Of a stretch of DNA of 64,000 bases, positions 11,660-25,911 are shown piece after piece (within the stretch, counting starts at the first letter, position 1; every line of letters starts with the position of its first letter). Origin of the DNA: Auanema rhodensis. Lineage: Eukaryota; Animalia; Nematoda. The stretch is taken from positions 5,828,001 to 5,892,000 of the forward strand of contig OZ059899.1 of assembly GCA_964057225.1 (NCBI GenBank). Reading direction: 5' to 3'. The notes under the pieces were generated by a model. That model did not search any database and was not told where the DNA came from. It saw only the letters and a list, made by a program, of their open reading frames with translations. A program made the translations under genes and the position numbers.

Positions 11660-14552
11660 CATCACAACAATTATATAGTGAAGAAAAATAGTTTAATCAT
11701 AATATAATAATAATTATAATTATTTTTAAATATATATTTAAGTTTAATATTTCTTTTTACTAAACGATTCATTTCTCCCCTTAATTTTTGATTTTGAAAA
11801 AAACGATTTAGATGTATTTGAAATATTGCAGTATATGTTCAAGTTCAAAATAAAAATTTTTAGAAGAAAAAAATTACAAATTAAACTATTTCTTGAAAAA
11901 CATTGAGAATTACATACACACATACATTAATGTATCTGTGAAATTGACATGTTTCTTAGAAATTTCATTTGATAGGCTTCTAAAATGCTTCAAAGTTCTT
12001 TCAATATAATGTGAAATAAATGTAGCTTGTCAAGATATCGTTTTTAATTTCAATTTTTTAAAAGTAAAATTTGGTATTTTTGCTCAACATATGTCATTTT
12101 ATACTTCCTTAATCAAATACGCTATTCCATTAAGTTGGAAAGCGAAAACCTCAGGTTGGACAGATGGCTCTGAGAGAAAATTGCTTATCCTTTCCATCTA
12201 TCTATCTCTTTGATTAAATTGTGTCTCTTCACATCAAGTTTATTTTGGATGTTGAAAACTGTGAAATAGCTAATAGAAAGTCTATGTATGCTACTATCTG
12301 ACACATGTATTTGCCTGTCATCATTAGCTATATATCAGCTAATTAAAATTTCAAATTACGTATGGATATCGTAATTGTCTCATAAATAAAATAAAAATTA
12401 CTTTATTTATTTTTTGTTTATAAATGTATTTATATAGATTTGTATATATAATATACAATTATATATTTGAAAGCAGATTTATATATTATTATATTCAAGA
12501 AAAACTATGAAAAGATAATATTTTCTGCATGATATATGAGATATTATTAATAATATAAATAATCAATATTATAATATTATTTCTTACTTTTATTATATTA
12601 TATAATAAATAATAAATATATATATATATAGTTAAGTTTATTATTATTATTATTATAAATATATATTCTTCAACAACTTAACCTATTACAGTAATCACAA
12701 AATAACATTTAGTTGCAAACAATGACAAAGAGAGAGAGTAAAGGTATAAATTGGTTTTTCTAGAATTTTCCACACAAAGATCTTAAACAATGACTTTTTT
12801 TTGCATCTTTATGCTATAGAAAATAATGCCAAAGTTGGTAACAATAACTATAAGTTGTCAGTCATTCAAACAACCAAGTCAAAATGCTTCATGACCAATA
12901 GATATAACTAAATTTCGGTTTTTTTAGGATTCTATTCCCTTTTTTTTTTGGCGATGACGTAATACTGTCATATTGTCCCAGACGAGTTGCATGTTCCATT
13001 TGAAGTTATTTATTTTCTTTCAAGTTTATACAAAAATAATTTGCAGACTATTTTATTTGATTATTTCAATTCTTATATATACATATACATATGTATATAT
13101 TTAGATAAATTTTATATATAAATATAAATATTTTAGAATAAATATATTTCCACTTCTAGCAGACGATAGATGAATGCTCTAGTTGATATAGTTAAACTCA
13201 AGTAAACTTTGAAAATTTCGAACTCTATCAATATATTTTTTTGTGTTTCAAATAAACGAAATAAAATAAATGGCAGCAGTGCTCATAGAGGATAATAAAA
13301 AAATCCAAGTTAATCATGTATAAAGTTTATTGACAATTTTTATAGTTAATCAAAATTCAAACATATAAATATAAAGATACATGTGTGTAAAGTAAGAGAG
13401 ATTGATTTAGTTAGTTAGTTATTATATATACACATATATAATTTAACCTTTTAGATAGAATAAAGAATACAAACAATATGAAAAATTTGAATGACAAGAC
13501 AAAGAATTTAAAATTATTTTCCAATTTTCAAGAATTTTGAAATTGTGAAATAACATCATTGGACCTTATTGCTTATTCTCATCAAGAATCAAACTGATTG
13601 AACAAAATTTGAGGAAGATTTCAAGTTATTGTTCATAACTATTTTGCACGATGCTCATAAGCATCTGAAGCTCACTCTCATCGGCCTGATGGTGGGGGTG
13701 AGGATGGCACAATGACTATCCAGAATCACAAGTAAATCTCATCTTTTCATTGAAAGAGGATCATTCTAGCTGAACATGAGTTCAGATCTCTTCATATTCA
13801 TTAACTATGTCATCTAGTTAAGTATCTTTTGACTCTATGTTGTTGCTTTGATGAAAGAATATTATGGAAGAATATTGCGGAGGAGGTTTCTCCCGCGATG
13901 TACCAAAGGAAAGAATTATCACAAAATATGTTTTTAATTCATTTTTTAAACTTTTTCTATTTCTATTCTTTTTATCTTTCTGGAAGAGAAAGTTATTTCA
14001 AACGTTTTTCTTCTATGAACACAGATGTTAGTAGGGAAATCAACAAAGTAAAAATATTTTTTTTATATTTCTTTTCATAAACCATCTATGATTCCTTTTA
14101 CAGCTTATTGCTCTTATTGCTCGCAAAACATTCTTAAGTTTTCATATTCGTTCGTCCGGAATTGATGACGTTGCCAGCGACCTTTCAAGTTCATGGAGAA
14201 TGAACATGCGCAGTATTAACCATATGCAGCTTCGATGATAAAGTTTTCTAAGAGCCTAAATATAACTTTTTTCTATTCTAAGCTAAATGACGGTGTTGAA
14301 CCTTAAAATCAACTAAGTGTCTCTTATAAACTAAGATTAGAAGTCAATGTTCGAAAACGTTTTCATCTAACATATATTTATACTGTATATACAAAATAAT
14401 ATATAAGTTAGTGATATTCATAATTTTCGGACATTTAAAAAAGAATTTTCAAAAGAAAACAAAAAAGAAACCGAGTAAAATGGAAAACAAACAATCTATA
14501 GAAGGTTTTGACACACAGTACAAAGAGATTAACCATGATTACATGTATGAAC

Positions 14553-14565
14553 AAGAAAGAAAGAG

Positions 14566-14644
<79 letters not shown>
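14553..14644. repeat. (GA)n/(GAAA)n microsatellite
   Basis: Direct reading; it produces the spurious ERERER and SLSLSL ORFs in the track. Confidence 0.95.
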
Positions 14645-17600
14645 TGAAGTATGGTGCAAATTCCTATTTATATTTTATTTTTTTATTTTCAATCTTCAAC
14701 CCAATTGTTTAACTTAATCCCTTGGGGATATTCTATGGAGAAAATTTGTTTGTTACTTCACTTATATTCTGTTATATGTACATGGTCAATAGAAAAGTGA
14801 AGATGCATACATGTATATATGAATTCATGTTATATATTCATATATATATATATACTATACAGTTAGAATCTTAACATAAATTAAATGATTCTTATATATA
14901 TATATATAAATACCATGAATAGTTAGTTGTATATCCCTTATCCCTTATCTCTTCAATATCTTGTATTTCCATATACTATATGTCTTTGTATACTATATGT
15001 AAACCACTCAAGATAATCTTATTATCTACTGTTTTGTTTCTTTTTTACTAGTATTATCCTTAATTTATCTAATGAATGATGTCAGTATCTTCCATGTTAC
15101 TGTTTACATCGTCTGCAAAAAAATTTCATTTCTTCTCAAGTTCGAAACTTTTGTTTCCGTGTGTTCCAGAATTATTTCAACGCAGTGATTTTCCCATAGG
15201 ACATTATCATTGGTAAATTTAGTTAATCTTATTGAAGTATTCCTTGAATAAAAGAAGAAGAAAAATTGATTTATCTCTTTATACCTTAATTTAACATTTG
15301 AAATAACAGAAAATAATAGTGGATAGATAGTATAATAAAAAAAATCTTTATAACATTATATGATATAAGTACAATTTATTTAATTATTTTATTGGATAAA
15401 ATAATAGTAATGATATATCCTGTTTTCTTAGTTAAAGTACAGAGAAAAAGCAGAAAGTGATGGCAACTTTCTTTGATAGAATAGAAGATGAAATGATTGG
15501 AAAGATGTAGCACGTCAGTCTGTCTTCGTCATCAACTGATGTAATTTTCAGAATACTTTGAAGCAATTTGGTCATTGGTTTTCTTACAAAGATGGCCAGA
15601 AACCTTTTGGTTACAAGTGTATAATACGATATATAGATATATGTATATAAATTAGTTTTAAATACAATCAAAAATCTAAATATACAGTTATAACTTATAA
15701 CTTTCTTACGTAAGACTCTGGAGACTTATCGCCTCTTCTTCTTTGTCGTCGTCTTCTTGTTCAGATTCTTCAAATGTAGATCGGCTTGCTATCAAATTGA
15801 GATGAGCAGCCGAAAACTGATGAAAGCATCTGCTTCCCTCCCCCTCACATGGTTGTAGCTGGTTTTCTATTCTCATTCGAATCCAATAGTCCCTTAGGTC
15901 CCTGTGTGACATCATGTAGTGTTGAGACTTATACTAAGATATAGTATTAAAGAAGAGAGTGTTTGGCATACCGAGTTCAGATGTAGCCAGTAACTGCTTC
16001 TGCTCATTCCTTTAAAAACTTCAACCAGCCTTGCTCAAGCTTGTTTGCAATACTATTACCCCCATTGTGTCCAGTCTGCTCTTGAATGATATCAAAAAAA
16101 TCCACTATTTTTTGGGAAATAAAATGAAACGCTGAAGCATTTCTCTTATTGTCACTAGCTTCTAACTGAATCACACTTTATAGATCTAATAGATGATTCA
16201 GTCTATCTTTTAGTTTTTTTTTGCTTTTAACCATGTCAAATTTGAATTGTAATAAAATTGAAAGTCGATTGACATCTTGTCACAAACATCTTTTTAAAAG
16301 TAAATTGTCGTATGTCTTTTTTCATTTCTTTCATCAACTCATCTTATAATTTAACCCAAATATTTCTTTTCCCATGTATGTTATATGCTTATGGCATACA
16401 CTCAATTTCCTCAATCCACACGTGCTCTTCCGGTTTCAAAGATTTAACTGGAAACATTGAACGAACAAGAAAAGAGTGAATGCAATGAAGTGAACATCAA
16501 TTTTAAAATTCCGAAACCAGTTCAACTTCTCAATTTCCAATCAGTACGTTTCCCTTTATCCTTTCTCCCTTTAATAGCCAGTCTAAATTTGCTCATTTTC
16601 TCTTTAATTTAAATCTCTCTATCTAAATTTTCTAATTTTTACTATCTATCATCAACATGAAAATCTAAAAAGATTATATCTCACATTTTAAACATTTAAG
16701 GTATTCAAGTAAATTAGAAATTAACCTTACATCTGATTGTATCTCATCCATATTTTAAGAAAAATAATAATTGTATTCAATACTGTTAAGCAATCAAACT
16801 TTCTTATATAAGAGATAACCAATACAGAAAGATTTCCAGAATAGAGAAATAAGATTTTATTTTGGTTTACAGCTTTGTACGGGGAAATGCATCACCTAAT
16901 TCAGATTCTATAACGACATGAAATCGCAGCTCTGTTTCCGTTTACAGATATCTCCATCTCTATATCTCTTTCTTTCTCATTTGCTCATCCTCCTTCTTTT
17001 CCTCATTCTCCCCCACTCCACTACTCCTCCTCCTCCTCCTACTCCTCCCTCTCTCTCTTCATTTCATCCAAGCGATTTCTCATCAGCCAAAACCTCTCTA
17101 TCCTGTTGGCATCGTTGCCTCCAATAGCGCTGTTGTCGTTGTAGAAGCATAAATAAAGCTCTATACTACTAGAATGACCACTTGTTGATTGATCTCTATC
17201 GGCTTCACACTCTTGTCTTACATGTGTCATCAGGTATTTCCTCATAGTATAAGTAAACATCATGTTATCAGATTGAGATGTAAAACCAAATCGAACTTGA
17301 AGCTTCAACCTTTAAAAATGATTATCTTTCAACCTTTAAATGTAAACTTTTTGTTATTCACGCTGAAAACAACTTGGAGACAACATTGTTCTTAAACTTT
17401 TCAAAAGAATCGTTTAGTAATCTTATAATAGAACTTGAAAATTTGACCTTAGCGAAGCATTTTTAACATTTTAGCCAATATTATAAAAAGAATCCGAGAA
17501 AATTATATATTATTCTGTTAATTAAGTACAAAAGCTTCAGCAAATTCATACAAAGGTCCTATAATATTATATTCTAGTTCTATTAACATACATGTTTTCT

Positions 17601-20131
17601 TGAATAACATTCAAGGAACCAAGACTCTGTTTTACTCAAGTTGTCTATCTTAATCCAATTCATGGCTTTATTATGAATACAACTGTTAATGATTCTAATG
17701 ACAACGCCATCGTTGACGTAGGGACGTGATGCTTGAAGATGATCATCGTCACCGTCGTCATCGTTAATGCTGACTTCGTTAAACGCAATATAACATCTTC
17801 TCATGAGTATTAAGATGTGCCCACACACGTATATTCAAGATTCTCCTATATTCTTCTGCATCTCTATTGCTCTTTCATCGCCTTCTGTTGCTCATCGTAC
17901 AAACATCGTGCTTCAGAATTGACGTGGACAACTCTAATATGAGATATGCTTGTTGGTTAAGTAGCTGACATGCGCATACTTCGATAACTTTCAATTTACA
18001 CGTCAGCTTGTCGTCTGTTTCATTTCTCATCAAGTTTTATATTTAGATTCATTATATATCAAACCTTACTCCTATAATCTACTGTAGCTTATCTATGTCA
18101 CTACAACCCTTCATGTCTGAGATCCGGAAATACTTGAACAGAAGTCGTTTTTGGAAGGAGGTTGGGCTTTAGACGCCTTAAAGCAGCAGGTCTTGTCCTT
18201 ATTTGGACTTGCCATTCATTCAGCAAGCATCCATACTTCCATCACCACCCCATCTACAATCCGCAAGCCTTTCACTATTTCAGATATTTAATTCTATTTA
18301 TAGCTTGAAAGGCTAGGCAAGAACAATTTGTCTTTTGATTTCACATAATTTCCTGCTTTTTATGAAAGACAGGAGTATCAATTCCTCCCCCACATCACGC
18401 CTCTTTGGTCTACCCTTTTATACCGAATAGCTAGCCTTCAAATCGCTGAAGTAGAGTTTCAGCAACATGAAGTTGCTTTTCTCAAGATACTTTGGAAGCA
18501 GCAGCAGTCGAACATCCATAATTCAACTACATCTAATGATGCTATTAAAGCTTGAATGCCGTTCCAAACTTTCTTATAAAACCTTATCTATTCGCTTCTT
18601 TTTACATTTATTCTTCTTATTTATCTTATTCTTATATGTTAGTCGTCCTCTTCTAATACTTCATGTCAATGCTTGCATCATCATGTCTTAGTTACTTGTA
18701 CTTCGTCCTTATCATTCTGAAGACAACATCATCGTCATTCCCGCTGTCATGAGCCATCATCATCTTTACTGTGTCTCTTTTGTCATTTTCTGTTTCTTTA
18801 TTTGTCCTTTCAGTTCAAATTCAAAAATTCAAAACAATTATAAGTTTTAGAAAAAAGAAATAGATGAATAAATAATAAAAATAAATGACCAAAAAGTAAA
18901 AATTCTTCAAAATATTTAAATCTCATCTATATTTCAACATTGTTAATTCTCTTTTGCATAACATTTCATTAGCAATATTAATTGCCTTTTAAAAATCAAA
19001 TATTTATTATTTCATATATCTTTTAGTACAAAAATATTCTTAGACTTTAATAAAGATTAATAAAAACAGATAAAGAGAGTAAAGTAAAAAGTAAGAGAGA
19101 AAGCGGAAAGGAGACGAAGATAACGAGGGAAAAACAGAGGGACATCAGGTTTGTTACTAATTTCCTTTTCAATTGAAAATTGACGAGCAAATCATTTGGA
19201 AACAAGATTTTTACTCAATCAGTTGGAAAGTATGCCTAAGAATTGGAAAATAGACATCCCAAATAGTAAAAGATAGATAGATAGATAGAGAGATCGAGAG
19301 AGAGAGAGAGAGATAGAGAGAAGGAGATAGAGAGAGAGAAAAAAATTAAAAGAGAAGAAAAAGGAAGTGAATGTGAAAAAGTGAGAATAGAAAAGTTACA
19401 TTAGAAAAATGAGTTTTTTCCTCAACTTTTCCGTGAAATTAGTGAATACGATGAGATACGGATATGATATATGTATGTATCTATACTAACTAAATATGTT
19501 ATTGTCTAGATTTCTAAGGACAAAAATAAAAAAAAAAGAATTATAAAAACTATATGAAAATACAAATGCCTTCTCTAATAGATTGTCACTTTCTCAATAT
19601 GTTATAGAAAAGATACTATGTAATAGAATGAAGATGTTTACTCATATTCTTCAATTTTTACTTGTTTCTATGAATAGAATCGAGGAAATCTTTGTTATCT
19701 GCTTTAAAGTCATTTTTCTATCTCGTTGTCTCAACTTTTTCACAATAAAAGTTCAAAGTGAAGGGTGGGCGGATAAGGTCAGACTTGAGAGAAGCAGATG
19801 AGAATAGGGGGAGGGATGATTCGCTTTCACTTCGTCCATTTTTCACAGCCAAGAGCAGCGTGAGCTTGAGAAGTTTTCTATAAAAGTTAAATCTTTTGAT
19901 GATAATATAAAAATTCTTCTTGTTTTGTTGTAACAATGAGTAAAATAAAGAAATATCTTTGAATATTCTTCTATTTTCATTTTTCTTTTAAATATTTCAA
20001 CAATGAAACTTCCTTTTTCACATATTTTTCATATATTTTGTTTGTTCTTTCAGTTTTTTTTCGTGAATTTCTCAATATCATTCTATTTTTTAAATTTATT
20101 TTTTATGAAAAATATGATTTTACAGGGTCCA

Positions 20132-21912
20132 ATGCCGTACAATGCGGCTCAGCTTTGCCTTTTATTGGCACTTTCCGTAGCTACGGCTGTCTACTCACAA
20201 GGTATGAATATTATAGTTTATTTTGTATTTCAATCATTTATTTTGCAAAACTGTTACTCATTATTAACTATTTTTAATATAATTATACATGAATATGAAC
20301 TTAGCTCTTTGCTCTTCTATGTGGAAACAGCCTTAAAATCTTTGGTCAGTCGAAGATTTTAGCATGAATCATGATCTCTCAAACTCAAAAGTTTGATGGT
20401 CGACAATGTCCATCACAACTATCCACGAAGATGAATTTATTCGTCTAGAAATGTTAAAAAAAGACGTTTAAGCATTGACGTCATCTTTCAACATTGAAAT
20501 TTCGAACCCAACTTTTTCAGAAAAAACCGAACTTGTCAATGTTAAAGCCCACTCAGTTATGTATATGTATTTCTTTTTTATAATTCCCGAAAGATTTTGT
20601 ATTTGAACAAAAAAAAAATATATTCTTATTCGTCCTTTTTCTTTTTTTTTTCTCAAGAAAAAAGAAATTTTTTCTGTTGCTGCCCTCATATCTTCTAGCA
20701 CACTTCTTAGTCGTCTTCATCATCATCGTCGACGTCGTCGTCGTTGTAGTCCACTCGAAGTTTCTTGGCTTAATCTGTCTAACAAGCGACGTCATTTTTG
20801 CACGTTCTTCAATCATTCTATATTTTAAGAAATTTATACTTAATATCAATATTTTTTTGAAAATAGAATTATTTCTTTGGATGTCCGAAATACAATGTTA
20901 TTCTTCTTTTTTTTTTCTCTTAATGATGAAGATGATTTTTGCTCGTGTGCTATTGAATTAATAAATAATCTTAGCGCAACTAAATATATAAAAATAGATT
21001 TACTAAGATTATTTTATTTCTTTTATAATTTAAAAAAGACATTATTCTTGAATTTTAAAATAAAATAAAAAAAAAGAAGTTCTTTTCATTCATTTAGTAT
21101 AGCTATTCTATCTCCGAAAATTTTGAAAGCTATCTTCGTCATCATTTTATATTCAAATAATGAATATTAGTATATAAATATATAATTTGTAATCTTTTAA
21201 TAGAAAAGATAGATAGATATACATAGAGAATTAGAAAAATAGAAAAATCTGTTCTGTTCTCGAAATGGATAGTTGTCTCTCGAGACTAACTTTAAAGTGT
21301 GTCTATTGCGGTTTGAGATGCAAAATGTAATGGAAAAAGCAACCCATACTAATAGATTTTTCTCAAATTTGTATTAGATGATGAGATATTTTTGGTAAAA
21401 GTTTCTTCTTCTCTTGTTTAATAAATAAAAATAATTATTCGAAACATATATCTTATAATTATATTTTATTTATCTTTCTAGGTTATACAGAAGAAGATCT
21501 GTATGAAGCTTTGAGTCAGATGTCACCAGAAGCTCGAATTTATGCCAAACGAGGTTCGATTATTAAATAAAATGTTTTTATTTATTTTAATTTTATATAA
21601 ATCATGATAGTCAAAAACAACGGATATCTATTTCTAGACATGGATGGCTCGATGCCTGGAGTACTACGATTCGGGAAGAGAGCATACGCTGATGATGAAG
21701 AGAAAGGAGTTCAAAAGAAGGAAATGCCCGGAGTACTTCGTTTTGGCAAAAGAGCTTACGAAAACGAAAAAAAAAGTGTACCGGGAGTTCTTCGTTTTGG
21801 AAAACGCGATGACATTCCCGGGGTATTACGGTTAGTTATTTATTTTATTTTTTAAGCCAAATTGTTGGTTGTATTGTGAAGAAACAGAAAATTAAAAATA
21901 TAATTATCTATA

Positions 21913-21951
<39 letters not shown>

Positions 21952-22393
21952 TTCTTTTTCTTTTTACATATTTCTATATCTATCTATATCTATATATAGA
22001 TATAGATAGATAGATATACTATTCTATGTTTATACTATATCTCTATATTGACAACTTTTCTTTTTCATTTTAGTTTTGGTAAAAGAGCTAGTGATATGCC
22101 AGGAGTTCTTCGATTTGGAAAACGAGAAATCCCCGGAGTACTTAGGTCAGTTATTCAATGAAAAACAAAACAACATCAAATGTGCTTTGAAGGTTTGGCA
22201 AGAGAGGAGTTCCAGGAGTTTTGCGTTTCGGAAAACGTGAAATTCCAGGGGTTTTGAGGTAATTTTCATAATAAAAAGCATATTCAATTGTAAATTGTAT
22301 AGATTTGGCAAAAGATCTGCTGATTACGAAGACGAAGCATCGCTTTTATATAAGAAAAGCGTTCCCGGAGTACTTCGTTTTGGGAAGAAGTAG
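20132..22393 (+). CDS. flp-18: FMRFamide-like neuropeptide precursor FLP-18 (nine PGVLRFamide peptides), 6 coding exons
   Basis: Signal peptide [22 protein letters not shown], then dibasic-flanked [79 protein letters not shown] and [11 protein letters not shown]. PGVLRFamide is the FLP-18 signature. Confidence 0.97.
20476..20483. promoter_or_regulatory. Perfect CRE palindrome TGACGTCA in flp-18 intron 1
   Basis: Exact motif match; function is inferred only. Confidence 0.35.
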
Positions 22394-22852
22394 ATAATGA
22401 TAGAAAGGTATCATATACTACTATATATACTATATATATTATAATATTTATAGAGATTCCATGGCTTCTATAATGATCTCAGACCTTGAGAGCAGAATAC
22501 ATGACACTGCACATACTACTACTAACATACTCACTGAAACACATTCAAGCATATTCCCCTGACCTTCTCTATCTCCCCTCACCATCCCCACCTCCTTCTT
22601 AACACACACACACACACAACATATATACACACACACACACATACATAAATAAATAAAAATCTCTTTTTGAAATACATTCCTCATTTATACATTCTTCGAT
22701 TTTGTAAATTTTTTTCTCCCAAAATCATCTACTCTTCATGGGATAAATGTTAAATCGTTTATTTTTTTTTATGTCGAAATAGTAAATTAAAGTATTTTAC
22801 TAAAATAATAATACAAATTTAAAAATATATATTTGAAAACATTTCATCATCA

Positions 22853-24173
22853 TCATCGGTCGTATTTCTTTCCGAGTGCCAGCACAATAACGTCTACACA
22901 ACCAGAAGCTATTGGACGATTCTCAGGATTAAATGAAAAACATCTCTGAAAATTGATAATTACTTAAAGTATAATAGTAATAGTTATAGATAATAAATAT
23001 TAATTAGAATAAATAACCTTAGTAAGATGCCAGAGTTCTTCTGGATATTCTTTCGCACTATTTACTAATGTTTCTCCTCTTTTCACTCTTTTAGCTACAT
23101 TTGATAATTCTTCAATGTAATAATATGGTTCAAGACCATCATGAAATACCTAGTAATTATAATAATCAGTTATAGATATATAGATATATATATATAGTTA
23201 ATTCGGTGATATGAATATAATTTACCTCCCACAAAAATACTCCGAAACTCCAAATATCTGTTTTAGCCGTATAACTTCCATTTTTTAAGGTTTCGGGAGC
23301 TAAATATCGAACTGGTACCTATAATAACAGCAAATTTTAATCTATTTTAAAAATATTGACAATAGATTTCAAAGAATAAAGAGAGAGATCTCTCACTTTA
23401 TTAAGTCGTTTTTCTCGTCTTTCTTTAGCTCGAACTCCAAGTCCGAAATCGGATATTTTCGCTTGATAGCCTTTGGTAATGAGAACATTTCTAGCTGCTA
23501 TATCTCTATGAATGACCTATAATCCTAATATTTTAAATAAATAAATGACATTAATACAATATGAAAATAGAAAGTATAATATCATACATTTTTGCTGGAG
23601 ATATAAGCTAAACCACGGGCAGCTCCGAGACATAGCTTCATTCGAAGTAATATTGTGGGTTCTCGTTCATAATCAATCAAAATATGTTTTCGACCATTAC
23701 GAACATGTGAAGTTAAACTTCCTTCCTTTTCTCGCTTCAAACGAGAACTACTAACAGCATCTAATACAGAATTTTCTAAAATATAGTTTTGTTTATGTGG
23801 TGAAGTCAATTTTCAATGACTTTCGGCAAGTTCCATTACAATCATAATCGGACTTTCGTTCGCAGCTACTCCATACAAACGGATAACATTGGGGTGAACA
23901 AAACTTTGCATTAACATAGCTTCCTGCGAAAAAAAAATTATTTTCAAATAAAAAAAGCCATAGCTTCGTTTCTGCTATTGTCGGACAGCAATTGTTTTCT
24001 AAAAGTTAACCTGACTCTACACTGGACAACTTGGATGAAGTTATATTTTTTGAAATTCGGTTTTAATTTGAAGAGGGAAGGCAAAAGGGAAAGAGAGATA
24101 GAAAGAGAACAAGAACAAGACAGAGAGCAATAGAGAGCGAGAGAAAGAAAGAGAGAGAAGGAGAGAGAAAGAA

Positions 24174-24208
<35 letters not shown>

Positions 24209-24213
24209 AAGAA

Positions 24214-24250
<37 letters not shown>

Positions 24251-25477
24251 TATTTTTATAATATGTACACAACTAAAAGTGGCAGAAACGTAATCTTCTA
24301 ACAGAAAAATAATAAACAACATTGTGAAGGGAGTATATGTATTGTACCTCGAATAAGCTTTCGTTATCAGAAACTGTCATAGATCCCGCTATAAGCTTGA
24401 TTGCAACTTGGCGTTTTTTGAAAATTCCAGTACGCATTTCACCACTCCAGACTTCTCCAAATGCTCCATTCCCAATACAACAAATTCTAAGAAGAATATA
24501 TTCAATAATACTAGTAATAAAAATACTTTTTAACTTGTTCATGATTTAATTGCCAAGTTGGTCTGATTACAGGAGTTAGAAGCAATGTTCCCTCATTATC
24601 TAAGGGCTGTTTCTTACGTAAATGATAATCAACTAATCCTTAACAGCAAAAAACCAAATATAATTGATAAGCATACAACATGAGCTTACCAGAAACATGA
24701 TCAAATCCAAAATCTTTGATATAATATAAACGTTCACGACGACTATGATTAATAAAAAAATGTTTTATACCACGATCATCATTATTTAACTTAAAATATA
24801 CAGTAATATTTTGTATATTATATACACATAATTAATAAAAAAAAATAGAAAAAGAAATATGAGCTTACACTTCCATCAACTTGTATTGATGTACTTTTAC
24901 CTTCTGCTAAACTGTTAGCAGTTTGTTTCGAAGTGCAGCAAAGAGTCTGCTTTCCCATAACGCTCTTATCTGGTCCTTCTGTTCGAACAGAAATTATAAA
25001 TTGTTCCTTGAAATATTCAAAAAATAAATTTTAAAAAAAGAATAAAAACATGAAAATAACATACAAAATCAGTATCATGCTTTTTACATTCAGATTGTAA
25101 TGCTTGTCGAACCAAAAAATCTCCTTTATCTTTTAGAATATTTCCTGTCTAATTCCATTAAAACATTTTTTTAAACATAAATGAATTGTGAGAATAATAC
25201 TTGAGCTTGTGCTACAAAACCATGAAAAAATCGTTCATTCTTAACTGATTGTAATCCACTTGTTTCTGATTCTCGAACTTTTTTAATTAAAATACGAAAT
25301 TCCTAGAAGAAGATATAGATAAACACAATTTTTGTACTAATATTGAATTTCGACTAACAGGCTGATGTCCCATGAATGTCCCTAGGTTTCGGGATCCACT
25401 CAATTTTGCCTTTAAAATATTATTTATATGTATAATTAGTATAATTTTAAAAAATTAAATCATATTACCGAACTCAT
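22853..25477 (-). CDS. FER/FES-like non-receptor tyrosine kinase (SH2 + kinase; SPE-8/FRK-1-like family)
   Basis: SH2 motifs FFHGFV, GDFLVRQ, IISVR and IKHFFI. Kinase motifs [58 protein letters not shown] and [10 protein letters not shown]. Stop at 22853-22855; the short first exons are less certain. Confidence 0.92.
24134..24250. repeat. GA-rich simple repeat in a kinase intron
   Basis: Direct reading. Confidence 0.9.
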
Positions 25478-25911
25478 TATATTTATTTTAAATGACCAAT
25501 CAACAATTTTGATGCATTATAAATAAAATAAATGTAATTTTCACGTAAAATTAGCATATTTCACGGATTTCTTTAAGAATATATTTCTTTAGTCATATAT
25601 GAGTAAATGTCCTTACATTATATATTATTAAATAATTGCCTAACTATATGATTTATGCTAATTTTTTTTTATTTTTAGCTTTTTTTTTGAAAATGAAACA
25701 AGCAACATTCGTGCAAGATTTAGTGTAATAATCAATATATCGGAATGTTTGTTTGAACTATCTGAGAATTTTCAAGTATCTTAGCTTTCAGATGTCAGAA
25801 AAGGTTTCATAACTTTGTCAATACAATATTTTTATATTTCATAGTAAACTATATGTATAGTATATATGTATAATTTTTAATTTTATATAATATGCTTATA
25901 GTTCTAGCCAG

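Noticed and set aside
14411-14717. ORFs with ERERER or SLSLSL runs (also 24041-24322)
   Set aside because: Translation artefacts of (GA)n microsatellites.
21977-22012. Perfect 36-bp palindrome in a flp-18 intron
   Set aside because: Built from TATC/GATA/TA low-complexity units that are common throughout the window.
22844-22855. Four tandem TGA codons at the kinase stop
   Set aside because: A short (CAT)n microsatellite; no SECIS or readthrough evidence.
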